Source of the DNA: the human T2T-CHM13v2.0 reference genome, Homo sapiens | Assembly (NCBI RefSeq): GCF_009914755.1 | Contig: NC_060932.1 | Length of the DNA stretch: 64,000 nucleotides | Strand: one strand, 5' to 3' | Shown: piece after piece, positions 26,536-40,635 of the stretch | Position numbering within the stretch: the stretch's first letter is position 1 | Layout: each line of letters begins with the position of its first letter | The notes under the pieces: generated by a model | The model's database searches: none | Told to the model about the DNA's origin: nothing | What the model saw: only the letters and a program-made list of their open reading frames with translations | Program-made: the position numbers and the translations under genes

Positions 26536-27534
26536 AGTCTTATATTAATGATCAGATGTATGATCATTTTATATTAACACCAAGTGGAAGGAAATCTCTG
26601 CTCATTGCAAATCTTAAAAGATAAAGGAATTAAGGCACTCAAACATCTGTAGACAGAAAAGTACTATCAGAAGTTAGATGTTAATATTGGCAATCTTTTC
26701 TAAAGGTCTGGCTACCTCTGCCCTGCCTCTAGCTCAGAGAGGGAAGAAGAGAAAAAATGTTGTACAGGCACAATCTGTGAAGCAGCAGCACCCAGACAAT
26801 GCAGAGGGCGTGTTTCCTCTCCCTGGCTGTCCCTTCAAGCAGGGGGAGGTCCTAGCCGTAGCATCCACCTTCTGCTGCGGCCAGAAAAGAGCCAGTGAAA
26901 ACCACTCAGAACTTCCCTGTCACTGAAAGGCCATTAAATTTTTACAAGATGAAAAGTACTTTTTCCAAAAATAAAACCCAGCGTTATCATTTTGGTAGGC
27001 TGGGAAAATGTACAGTTCCTTTTTATAACTGCAAATAAGAGCAGTTCTGTACCAATTCTAATTTTTTTCTTCTGATTCTGCAATCTTCTCTCCTTAGCAG
27101 GAAAAAAAAAAATGTACTGAAGTGATCAGGTGTTATTTAGACCCTCAGGGCACACCTGTGCCCGACAAAGCACTCATCAGATTCCTGAGATACCACCAGC
27201 ACCTCCACACGGGGGTGGTTTTTCGGGTGAAACAGTGCAGTGTTGTGACTCATGGGCCGCCTATACCACTCTGGCCCTTGGTTTCCCCATCTGCAGTAAG
27301 CTGTTATAAAGGAACTGGAAAAACTCACCTGCCTTCAGGGGCTACCCTTGGAATGCAAGTAAGTGAGGAAGTGGGAGGAGACTGTGAAGAAAAGGGAGAG
27401 TGTACATTGAGGTCACAGTTCATCACGCGGTGAGTGCCATGGCTCTTTCCAGCTCATTCAGTGGTCCCGTTTGGATTTCACAAAGCTGACATGTCAGGTC
27501 TGTGCTTTATTTTTGACCATGCCAACTGCTGACA

Positions 27535-27537
<3 letters not shown>

Positions 27538-27573
<36 letters not shown>
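27538..27573. repeat. (GA)18 microsatellite
   Basis: Perfect GA run. Confidence 0.97.
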
Positions 27574-27576
<3 letters not shown>

Positions 27577-28499
27577 TGTGTCTTCATTACGGCTCTGCAC
27601 TTGAAGTTCCTAGCAACTGGGCCAGTAGTGAGACCCAGTCGGTCGTGGGATTCCAGCAGCTGGTGCTTTCTCTGCCAGAGAAACAAGATGATGGTCAGCT
27701 AGCAGAAATCCTCAAGGAGCTCTAGAAATAGAATGAATAGGAAAAAGAAAAAGAAAAAAAAAATCCAGGAGAGGCTTGCTTCATGTTGCTCTTGTTGTTG
27801 TTTTGTGCTACATATTATTTTAAGATATGTTCAAATTACTTGAAGCATTTAAAAATCAGGAGATTTCACATTTTTAAAAAGAATTCAAATTTCTGGCTCC
27901 CTCTGAATTGGAAAATCTGATGACACAGCCTCATTTCCATGTGCCCACAATCAGCTAAAGTTGTGGCCACTTCCCTCTTTATCTGCCTTCTCCAGGCCCT
28001 TTCCACTTCCCCTCCATTCCCGGGGCTACACCTGCCCATGTCTGGATCCTGATTATTTACCCTCCTGGTCCCAGAAGTCATTTACGTTCTCAACGCTTTT
28101 ACAATCTGATGCGAAGCCAGGTTCCCAGTCTCTGCAAGGCCAGATGGTTGAGAACATGGCTGGGGGAGGGTCCACTTCACTAGGTTTACAAAGCACAAAA
28201 ATGTTTCTTTATCTCAGAACATCAGATTTTAAAAATAGGAAAGCCCTGAAAAGAAGATGAAACAACTATGTGGTGAAACTTAGAGGCAGTTATTTAATAG
28301 TGTGCCAGCCACCAACAAGCATCTTATCCTGGCGTAACTACAGTCTCTGCAGAGGTTCCTGCTGTCCTCAGTTATCCACTGACCTGGCTGGAAGGATGGT
28401 CTTAGTCTCTCAGCTGACTCAGTGACCCATTGTTGCTGGATTTGTTGCTGCATTTCACTTCAGTTGTATAAAAGCAACTCATTTGTTGCTGTCCCTTTA

Positions 28500-30700
28500 C
28501 TTCAATTTATTAGGAGTTATTCCAGATCTATAGAAGAGAACTGAGAATAGCATAACCCAACCACTTCCCAGCTTTATTGGAAGCTAACACTTTGCCATAT
28601 GGCTCTAGGTTGTTTTTTTCTAAGGAATAAAACAGTAGTGTATAAGGATAGCTGAAGCTCCCCCCAGTATCCCTCCCCAATCCCATTCTCTTTAACTTTC
28701 CAGAGGTTAGCAGCAGCCTAAATTATCTTTTTTGTGCATTATTTTAAATATACTTTTTAGATTTAACCATTTGACAGGCCCATTTTGAAACGTTACGTAG
28801 TGTTCCACTGTGAAACACATCATGACTGATTTTAATATTTCTTTTCTTGATGGACATATAAATTGTTTCTGACTTTTTGCTGTTACCAACAACACTGCAA
28901 TGCATGTTACTACATCTGTCTCCCTACACACATGTGTACGGGTCTCTTTACACACCCAGAAGTGGAATTGCGAATCACAATTGCAGCACTTTTTTACCTT
29001 TATTTTGTTGCCAATTCTTCTCCAAAATAATTGTATTGTTTTAGCTCTTTGAGCAGCAATATATGAAAGCTTTCATTCCTCTTTCTCTTTTCTAGTACTT
29101 GGCATTGTCGAGGCTTCTAATTTGGGACAATATGAGGATAAAATGACATCTTGTCATTGTTTAAATTTTTGTTTTTTGATTTCTAGTGAGCTTGAGCATC
29201 TTTCCATGTATTTGTGGACCACGGGCATTTCTCACACCATAGATTGTCTATTCCTTTATTTCCCCCTTTTTTTTTCTCTTGGGTTGTCTTCTTTATGTTG
29301 ACTTGTAAGCATGCTTTTTAATTCTAGTAACAATCATTTGAAGGTTTTGTGCATCACAAATAACTTCTCCCAGTGTGTGTGTGTTAGCCGGGGGAGGGGA
29401 GTGGGTTGTGTATGCGTGTGCACGTGTGTGTATGTGTTGTGGGAGCTTTTGTTTTACAGAAGTTTTGATTTTAATGGAGTCCAGTTTGTTAATACCTTGC
29501 TTTATGGCTTATGCTTTTTATGTCTTGTTTAAGAAACATCTCCCTACTTTGAGGTCATAAATATATTTTCCTGCATTATTTTCTAAAAGTTTTCAAATTT
29601 CACTTCTCACATTTAAATCATTGATCCCTCTGGAATTTGTGTGTGTTGGGAAATAGGGCTTTATAATTTTCCATCTTTATTGAAGACTTTATCTTTTCCA
29701 TGCTTATCTGCAATAACACCTCTATCCTATATGTATTTTCATGTATGTTTGCGACTGGTTTTAGGCACTCTATTCTGTTTCATTCGTCCTTTTTAATCTA
29801 TCCCACACCAAGATCACATGTCTTAGTCACCAAGACTTCATAATAATGACAAGTCCCACTATCTTTTGTATTTCAAAGTATCTTAGCTCTTTTTAACCTT
29901 TTGCTCCTCCCAATGACTTTTAAGATAAGCTTGTCATGTGTCATAAGAATCTCTATTGGGATTTCAATTGGAATTACAGTTATAGATTAATATGCAATTT
30001 TATTTTAAAAAGATATCTTTTAGCAAATTAGGAAGTTCTTATTTGTACTTTGGTTAGAATTCTTAATCCTAAATGAGTGTTGAATTTTATCAAAATTTTT
30101 GGTGTCTATTGATATGATCATATATGGTTTATGACATAATCTCCTTTATAGTATATTCATTAATAGATTTTAAAATATTAAACTATGCTTGCATTCTTAA
30201 CTAAATATTCCTAGGTCATACATACTACTGACCTAATTGACTAATATTTTACTTGGGAATATCTCATTATATTCATTAGTGAGAATAGTCTGTAACTTTA
30301 TTGTACTTTCTTGTTCACTTTTAGCTACTAGCCAGATGAGTTAGGTAGCTTTCTCTTTTTCTATCCTCTAAAACACATTATGCAATAAAGAGATTACTTA
30401 TTGCTTGAAGATTTGTTAAGCATCACATATAAAAGCATCTGAGTTTTATGTATTTTGGGTAAGCTTAGCCTTTTGATTACTGATTCAGTTTATTTAATGG
30501 TTGTTGGTATATTTAGATTCCTAACTTCTCCTTAAGTCATTTTTTAAGTCATCGTTTTCTAGGAAATTATACATTTCATATTAGTATTAAACATTGGCAG
30601 AAGGGTATGCATCAAAATATATTATGGACTTTTTAAATTTCTACAGTATTAGTAGTTATATCCACTTTTAATTTCTATATTATTTCTATTACTGTGTCTA
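28500..30700 (-). mobile_element. Highly diverged L1ME-type fragment
   Basis: T-rich antisense L1: GAAGTGGAATTGC, TGAGCTTGAGCATCTTTCCATGTATTTG, TTTTGATTTTAATGGAGTCCAGTTTGT, TGTTGAATTTTATCAAA. Confidence 0.78.
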
Positions 30701-33109
30701 CTTCTCCACCTCTCTTCCCTCCCTCTTTCTCCTGCCTTTTTCCTTTTTCATTTAGACATCACAAAGCTGAACTCTGAATAGTAATTTCTTCTGCTACAAT
30801 TTTGAAATTATAATTTATTTTTGAGATAGCATGTAGGGCTATTTCTAAATACTCATGATTTTAAGTAGAATATGCTACGATAAAGACTGTCTCCTGGTAT
30901 TTTACTCTACTGTTTCCCAAGATATTTTTCTAATTCTGACTAAAGATATCAATGTTGCAGCTTTGAGTGCCATCAAACCCCATCCCTCAACCCCAGGACT
31001 TCTAAACTAACTGCTCTGGAAGAAAAAAGAAAAAAACATGTTATTCCCTACCTTCGTATCCCATAAATTATCTTTCCCTATATCAGAAATAATTTTAATT
31101 GTTCAACTTTATATATTTAAAGATGATGTTTAGATCAAACTCAGTTTAAAAACATATTGCTTTTTAGATATCCTGTGTACCTACTACTGTGCTTCACTTC
31201 AACGGCAGCCTGTGAGCCTCTTCACTCATCTCTTGACCTGGGCACCCTGCAGCCTTCCCCACCTCCCTGTTACTCCGATCTGCATTGTCACCTTGTAGAA
31301 TCTGTTGATTTGTTTCTCTCAAAGCCCGTATCACATTTCTGTTATCCTAAAACCTGTTCTCTCTCAGTCTCTCTCTCTTTACCAAACACTAAAAAGAAAG
31401 CCAAGCCACACAGAAAAAGGGGAACAAAGAACATGGCATTCTTGTGACAGTCCTCTTGCTCCTAGCCAAAAGTTCTACTTAGAAAGATTTCCTCTTTCTT
31501 TCCTAGACATTCTGTCTCCCCCAAGGAGTTAGACATAAAGCATCTTTCTATCTGGGAAACATCAGTCCTCACCATCTACACTCTGCTCAGAAAGAGATAT
31601 TTTCTCCAAGTCATGTTCCTTGGGGAAGAGAACAGAGCTACTTGCACCCCTGAGCTCATTCAGCTTATCCCCACAAAGCCTAGAGCTGGCCTCGACACTA
31701 CGTAATTTCCCCTGATGCTGCCCTGGCAATGACGTTCACAGTCCAGACTCTTTCAGCCAAACAAAATAGTAGCGATTTAAACAGATCATCAGCTTCTTGC
31801 ATCGCAGTGGCAGCTGGCACATTGTGAACATTCAGTAAATATTAATCAATAGCTATCCAGTGGCACTGAAGAGAGACGAAAGAATAATCTGAAGGCTTAA
31901 CCAAGGTCACATTAAACAATCGCTGGGCCCTAATTTTCAAGGGATGGCACATGTTCCCTCAGCTAGAGAGACACAGGCCAGGAGAATTTGCCCAATGCCA
32001 AAAGGATTTTGCTTCTGGGTGCCAAACTCTCTAGGACAAAGGATATATTCTGTTTATGGTTGATCTGTATTAGTGAAAGGGGATAATTAAGGACACCTTA
32101 AGCCAGCTTAGTGAGAACTTTCTATAACTGCTTTCTGAGCCATAAAGTAAGGGAGCTGAGTTAGATCCTGAGTATAGACCTTAAAATAAAGCCGCAGCAT
32201 TAGAAATGCCTCATTCCATCCCAGAATGGCCTATTTGTCTAATACAAATGCAGTCCACATCACACCTTGTACAGTTTTCTACATCTGAAAGTTGGTCATG
32301 AGGGCAATGGATCTTGACTACTTAGTGACCAACCTTCCAAAAACTAAAGCAAGATGGAAAATATTACCTAAAAGCACAGAGAGAGGGAACTTTACCAAAA
32401 TGCATAATAAACTTAGTGTACCAACCAGTTATACAGGAGAGGAGCTGACATGGTTCCTGATTTTCTTGGATGGCCCAATTTCAGATAAATTCTGTACGAG
32501 CTCATCAGAAGATGGGCCCAGTCTCTAGCCAGGAACAGGAAGACAGGAAGAGGGCTTCTGACCAAAAGCCACTGTGTAAACTGGCTCAATGGATTTATCC
32601 TGGCCCCCTACACACAGGAGGAGCTACAGTTTCTCAGGAGAAGGCTTCCTTCCAAGGCAAACTCTTGTTCCCAGAGATATTTCAAGCCTCTACTTTCCTA
32701 AGTGCTTTATTTCTCTGACCTAACTAGTTATGCCTCTCGGATTTTTGTTCCTGCCATTCCCAGGTGGGATCCAACCCAACCTTGTCCCAACTCTTCTCAT
32801 TCAGTCAACTCCAGCTCTGAAACCCCCAGATGGAAGCCAGGGCCCTACACTTTCTCTCTGCCCAGAAAGGAGCTTGGAATGTGAACAGGCCTGATGGTGT
32901 GAACACACCATTGCAATCCTCTTCAGCCTATTCCCTGGCTCCCCAAAGGGTGTTACTTGGAAGATACACCCAATAAACACAGTCTGCCTTATACCACCTG
33001 TGTGTCTTGTCTCCCCAAGATTTTAAGCTCCTTAGGCAAGAGCCTTACTGCTTTAATCGTGTTTTGCACATAATCATCTCTTGATAAATATTTCTTGATT
33101 GATTGCCAG

Positions 33110-33455
<346 letters not shown>

Positions 33456-34422
33456 TAATCACAGTCATAATTATAAAAGATACTTTTAAGCAGCTATTAA
33501 AATTTTGCTTTTAGTACATAAAATTCTCGGAGAAACAAGACTGAAGTAAATTTCTTAAGCCCTTGGCTCAGGCTGACTATTGTTTTTGACACAGCTATGC
33601 ATTTTAAAATAAGAAAACATTCCATAAACATAAAGGTAAATTATATTCAGTACTTTGCCATCATTAAAGCCTGACTTGAAAAACAGCAAAATTAAGCTCC
33701 TTGTTTCTCAGTAATAAAGGCTTATGTCACAATTCTCCAGTAAAACTATGGGATATAGACTGCTGCTGCCTCTCAGTAGAGGGGAACATAAGCCAGTCTC
33801 TCTCCTTCATAATTATTTTATTTAGAAGGCATAGAAGAGACATATAGAAAAATAACAGTATAAAGAGTACAGGGAGAACTCATTTCTTGGAGCAGATTTT
33901 AAATGAATTAGAAATGTATTTTTGCCATCTGCTGCTGCTACTGCTCTTATGAAATTTGGGATTCACAAATTGCAGTTTGTATAACACTAACTCTGGGACT
34001 CGGAAAATCTACTGCAGGATCTGTCACCTGAAGGAAATGTTCTGGATTACTCCTGGAAGCTGCTCGGCACAGTAGAGAGCACACTCTCTGAAGGACTTTC
34101 CCAACATGTGACAAGCATTACCCCATGCTTCTTAGGGGAGAGGGAGTGTGATAGCTGCATGGTACCAGGTATTGCACCACATTGCATGGTTGGAAAACCC
34201 CTTTGCAACACATCACTGTTACTATTCCCAGCATCACTGGATGTAGAAATCTTCATTTTACAGCTAAAAAGACATACTTACTGAGGCTAAATAACTTATG
34301 ATCCCAGGGCATTAAAGGATAAGGTAGGAATTTAAACTAGAGGCACGTTTTCACACAGCCTCACTCAATGAGGAAAACAGACATTTCCCTAATGAAAACA
34401 AAAACAAACAAAACATATCAAC

Positions 34423-34713
<291 letters not shown>

Positions 34714-34740
34714 GAACACATGCACTTGAACAATCAATAA

Positions 34741-35133
<393 letters not shown>

Positions 35134-35648
35134 TGACAAAGGATCTGATTCAGATTCTACAGTTCTATAACATTCTCTATAACAAAGTGACCGCAGATGA
35201 TTCATCTACCTAAATACAAATATCTAGAAGTCATTCCATATATTCTTCCAATAATACCAGGCACCAAAACTACAAAGATGAAAAGACATGCACTGAAGGA
35301 GCTTTTCAAGTCTAGTTGAGGGTGGGGAGTGGCAGTCCCAAGGGTGTGGCAGAGGCGGAGATTGAACTCTGCTGCTTTGCAGACACAATACAAGTAAGTC
35401 TCAGCCCCGAACAAAACAACATTAGCCCCTTGTTCCTCAGTAATAGAGGCTTATACTATGCCGTCTTAGTAAGACTATGGCACATCAGCTGCAGCTGCCT
35501 TCAGACAGTGCTCTTCAGACCTGTGAGGCTCAGGTCCCTTCCCCGGTCCCATCACACTGCCTCACCTGTTCCCAGTGGTCACCACAAGAACCAGCAGCAC
35601 CCTGCCTTATGGAGGAAAAAGTAAATGTGCATAAACTTTGAACTCTTA

Positions 35649-35667
35649 TTGCCTACAGGGGGCATTA
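35649..35667 (+). promoter_or_regulatory. Possible CTCF motif
   Basis: TTGCCTACAGGGGGCATTA resembles TGGCCACCAGGGGGCGCTA with several mismatches; visual match only. Confidence 0.25.
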
Positions 35668-35669
35668 TT

Positions 35670-35810
35670 TTATTGAATCCCCACTATAACCCCGTTTTCC
35701 AGATGAAATCACTGAGGCTCAGAGAAGTCAGGTAGTACTAACATCAGGAAGAAGTGAAGGAGCCACCCCAGACCTCAAAGTCCATTATGTTTCACTGGTT
35801 CCACTGCTTT
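35670..35810 (-). mobile_element. MIR fragment
   Basis: CCCGTTTTCCAGATGAAATCACTGAGGCTCAGAGAAGT. Confidence 0.68.
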
Positions 35811-37509
35811 TGCCCGTTAGTAACTGTAAACAACGATAGATGTAGTTCTGTTACTGTCTACTTAAATTGAGACTCTTTAGTGTAGATTGCAATTCATGGC
35901 AGAAAACTGTCAACAATGGTGGCTTATTACATAAATTTTAAGACTGCCTTAGAGAATCCTAAGGAATACCAAGTGTAGTTCTCTCATGTGAGAACCTCAA
36001 CACAAACCCCATCGTCCTTAGAACCAGTAAAGTTACATAAGCGAAGACTGAATCCAAATGACACATAGTTCAACAGCGGTAGTGGCCAAGATCATTGCCT
36101 CTCCATTCAGATTGTGCCAGGGTACAGTGTCATTTCTGAAAACGATTGAGATGGAACACCAGTTTTGTGTTTTGTTAGAAAAATATTAATGGTTCTAAAA
36201 CCACATGCTGCTTACATATTTTTAATGTAAAATAAATATGTTTTCTTGGCACTGTAAAGATTGTGGTCATATATCATCAGGAGGCAGCAATGGTAGAAGC
36301 AGCCCAGATTAGAGCTGGAGATGGTAACATTTACCACTTCAATGTACAGTATAGTTGTGGGTTATGCAGGATGCGTTCCATAAAGCTCCACCACTGTCTT
36401 CAAAATTATTTTACATGCTTATGTAGCAAGACTTAGGAGGGATTAATAGCAAAAGGACATGCTTATACAATTAGGAATGGACCAGGGTCATATGAGGCAG
36501 TTCTCTGAAATGGTAACCATTCAGCTTAAATTACAAAAGAATCACATCCTTTCCAATGTAGTATCAAGAAAGCCAACACCAAAAATTTAGGCACCCTGGT
36601 GTCTTGTGATCCATTTTGGCACTTAAGTACAACACCTAAACTGCAGACAGAACTTCGATGAAGAAATTACTAAATGGATGACTTCATTCACTCATAGTTC
36701 ATAAATCTTTGTATTATAGAACATTTTCTGAGACTTAACCAAAGCTGGTTATCATCCAGATAGAGGGGATGATGCTTCAGGCTAATCTAAAGGGATGCTT
36801 TGGCCAAAAGTACCTAGAGATTTTTTTTCCTTTTAAATTAGAAAAATAATCCCTCAGGAATTAACACATCCCACTTTCTACCAACCATTATTCCTTGGTG
36901 TGAATAATTTAATCAAATGTCATCCTTTTGATGGATGACTGGTCACATGGGATTTTGATAGGCTCCAAGTGGAGGGGAGAGAATTTGGGAGCCTGGCAGG
37001 TGGTCACAGGTCTGAGAAGCCAGAGCAGCTTGAAGGAAAGTGGGTTAAAGGATGGAGGGAAGCCGAAGATATTGTTTCAACACCCTCAGTTTTGCTCCAT
37101 TTCATTGTTAATGCGCACACAAAACAGCAGGAGAGGAAATCTGAAGTTTCTCCCTGAGCTGTATTAGGTTCTTCATTTTAAACCCCTCTCCCACTGAGGA
37201 TTGGTTCAAAATTAGTATATTCCCCATACTGGGCTCTCACTATTTGATTCCTGAGGGGTAGTGATCTCACTACCCATGTAAGAAGGGGGAGATAACAAGG
37301 TCTGTGTGTGTGGAAGGCAGCCCCAGAAGCAGTGACCTTAGGAAGGGTTCCAAGTCACGAAATGTGGCAGGAAGGAGCTTCCAGTTGGGCCACTACCCAC
37401 AGAAAGTCAAAAATGACCTCTTCGGTAAATTAAAACATCTAAGCCTACTTCATCCTTTTTTCCCATTTTTGACATGGGAAAACTGGCTCTTCTCAGTTAA
37501 TCCAGGGTA

Positions 37510-37740
37510 ATTTGCTAGGCATCCGGCACATGCCACATGTTTCATGGAAATCACTTCCTTGAACCCTCAGCAGCCTGAAAAGTTTACAGACCATCCATAT
37601 TTTGTAGATGAGGAAACTGAGGCTCCTGAAGTTTACACAGCTTGCTCAAAGTTTATGTCCCTGCAAACTGGCACGACCAGAATTCAAACCCATCTATGAG
37701 ACTCCCAAGCTTAAGCCCGTTTCCTTCTCCTATACTACTT
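37510..37740 (-). mobile_element. MIR
   Basis: ATTTTGTAGATGAGGAAACTGAGGCTC..GAATTCAAACCCA. Confidence 0.75.
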
Positions 37741-38939
37741 CTTATCCTAAATTCCATACCTTAATTCTTGTTTATTTTTTTCTAAATCCTCTATGAAAAC
37801 TGTTACCCAGGGAAAATTTTCCACCATCCTATAGCTCTGGACATACAGCCATTAGGTTGTAAATTAAATTATTGTTCAAATAAGTATGCAAAATTATTTC
37901 TAAAAGCAGCAAATGTACTTAAGGAAATGGCCATGATAACATTTCACTTCAGAAACTATGAGCTTTGCAGTGTCAGCTGATCAACCCTTGGGAATATTTA
38001 ATGATTTTGTCCTGGACTACTGCACAGTGAGAAAATTTGCTTTGACCTTAGGATAGTGAATATGTGTGATTTAGATCTGAGGACTGGTAAAAGGAAGGAG
38101 GTTGATGCAAGTTGATTAAAAAAAAAAAAAAACTAGATGGCCATGGCATGGTATATGATTTGCTATTTATGAAGAGATTTTGTTTGCTTTTGTGATAGAG
38201 TTACCTGCCCTGATATTTATTCTGCTTATTAAAAAAAAATCACACTCGTCAGTTTGCTCTCTGGGCATGATAAATACATTTCATGTCCCAAGTCCTATTA
38301 CAGTAAATTTATTATTTTTTATTTCAACATGGGGCAAAAACTATATTTTTGATTTGTTCTTTCCAACTCTGTCAAGTATTTTATAACTTAGATTTTATGC
38401 ATTTCTTACTTTTAGTTATTGTATTTGCATTTCTGGGACTTCTACCTATTTTAATAAAAAAAACTTCCATGTTTAGTAAGCAAAATTAAGAGCTAAAATT
38501 TAACCATAATACCTTCCACAAAATAATAGCACTAAATGAGCTGTGTGAAGTATTTTTATATGTGCATCACCATATTCAATCTCCATGTATAGTGCTTATC
38601 AAAATTAGTTGAAGCAACTAAGATTAAAACAACTCATTACTATTATCCCATCTTTTTTTGGCCCCTTAGCAGATAACACAAGAAAAAATGTTGAGGCTTA
38701 GATAGTATCTATACACACCAAAATGACTAGCCAGTTTCTTTTTTCAACACAGATGTTTGTTGTTATCCAAACTTAAAAGCCAAATGTTTTGATTGAATTG
38801 ATTTGCTACATAGCCAGTGAACAGAAATGTTCACAGAGAACAGAGCAAATTTCATGACAATGTAAAATTAGGTTTGAACCCAGGGGTGTGCCATCAAAAA
38901 TAACACAATAATAAAGTCATGTGTAAATCCAGTTGTCCA

Positions 38940-39480
38940 TTCTTTCATGCCATCCCTAATTATTGAGCCCCTACCCTCTGCCAAGCACTGTTCTGGGCAC
39001 AGAGGATACAACAGTGAGCCACAGTGATACTTTCTTTGCTCTTTTGGAGCAAATTACCTAGTTACAAGAAAAGTCTCAAAGTGATAAATACTATGCCAGG
39101 AATTCAAATAAGGGATTGGGGTAGGTGAATGATGAAGGTCTCACTTGAGCATGTAACCTGAGATCCAAATGACAAGGAGGAGCCAGCAATGCAACAGTGT
39201 GCAGGAAGAACATTGCAGGTGTAGGGACAAACTAATACAAAGACCGTAAAGGTGGAGTAGTGCAAAGGCCCTAAGGGTGGAGCTCAGCAGGAGGGCTGTG
39301 TAGCTGGTGATCACTGGTCAAGGTGGAGGGGGAAGGAGATGAGGTCAGAGAGGGTGGAGGCACAAGGCCATGTGGGGCTTTACAGGCCAGAACAAAGGAT
39401 TTGCATTTTATTCTAAATGTGAGAGGAAGCCCTTGGAGGGTTTTAAGATGAGGGATGCGATTCAATTTATATATTCTTTA
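38940..39480 (-). mobile_element. L2 fragment
   Basis: TATTGAGCCCCTAC..GCCAAGCACTGTTCTGGGCAC; GGATTTGCATTTTATTCTAAATGTGAGAGGAAGCCCTTGGAGGGTTTTAAG. Confidence 0.8.
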
Positions 39481-40130
39481 AGTTTTAAAAGTTTAAGTTA
39501 GAATCATAACTATGCATTAATTCTTAGAATAAAGACAATGAATTGTGTGTTGATTACATTAGATTGCATGACATCATATCACCTCCTGGCTTCACTTTTC
39601 CCCTTGCAGCGTGACCCACATTTGAAACCTTCATCAATCTTTCCAAAGGCCTCTCTTGTGAGGTGTCCAGGGCAGCAACATCCTTCCCAATTCATCCTGT
39701 TTGGATGTTGACTGGTCTAAACTCCATTTCCCAATAGCTTTACATGTGATTTAAGCAGTTCTCCATCACCTTCCATAAGTTCATAAAATCCTGCCTCTTT
39801 TCGGGAATTGTAATTTCACTTTACAATAGGTTTGCATTGCATATTTTAGACCATCTGGACATTCAGTGAGAACACAGACATGATGGGGATAGATAGACCC
39901 CAGATGGAAGGGAGGGATGTTTGAAAAGTATTGTTAAGTAATCAGGTGAGAATTTTCATGTTGTTTCCCTAGATCCCTTAAGTGCAGGGACTGAGATCAT
40001 AAATATTCCTGTGATCCACTGGACCCTCCCCCTAAGGCCCTTAGAAAATGGTTGGGAAAATGGATCAACAGTCACAAAACAATCAGTGAACACAACAGAA
40101 TGATACTTATTAGGCATCTATAATGACAGA

Positions 40131-40635
40131 TGAGAGAGGCAGAATGATGTTCCCCTAAAGATGTCCATATCCTAATTCCCAGGACATGTCAATAGGTTAT
40201 GTCATATGGCAGAAAGGAATTATGATTGTGAAGGGAATTAAGGTGCTGATTAGCTGACCTTAAAATAGGGAGATTATCCTGGATTATCCAGGTGGGCCCC
40301 AGGTAATCACAAGGGTGCTTGAAAGTGGGAGAGAGAGTCAGCAGACAGCTGTAGAAAGATGGAGTTATGGAAGAAAGGCATAGAGCAATGCAGTGTTGCT
40401 GCCTTTGAAGGTGGAAGAAGGGGAGCATGACCTAAGTAAGCTGGAAAGAGCAAGGAAATGGATTGTCTCCTAGAGCCTCCTAAAAGGAACACAGCCTTGT
40501 CAGGATGCCTTAGTTTTAGCTCAGTGAGATCCATGTCAGACTTTTCAGCTACAGAACTGCCAGATAATAAATCTGTGCTGTGTAAGTCACTACATTAGTG
40601 ATAATTTGTTACAGCAGCAATAGGGAACAAATGCA
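40131..40635 (+). mobile_element. MLT1D-like MaLR solo LTR, complete
   Basis: TG..CA termini, 505 bp, GGGAGATTATCCTGGATTATCCAGGTGGGCCC core, AATAAA, 5-bp TSD ACAGA at 40126-40130 and 40636-40640. Confidence 0.9.
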
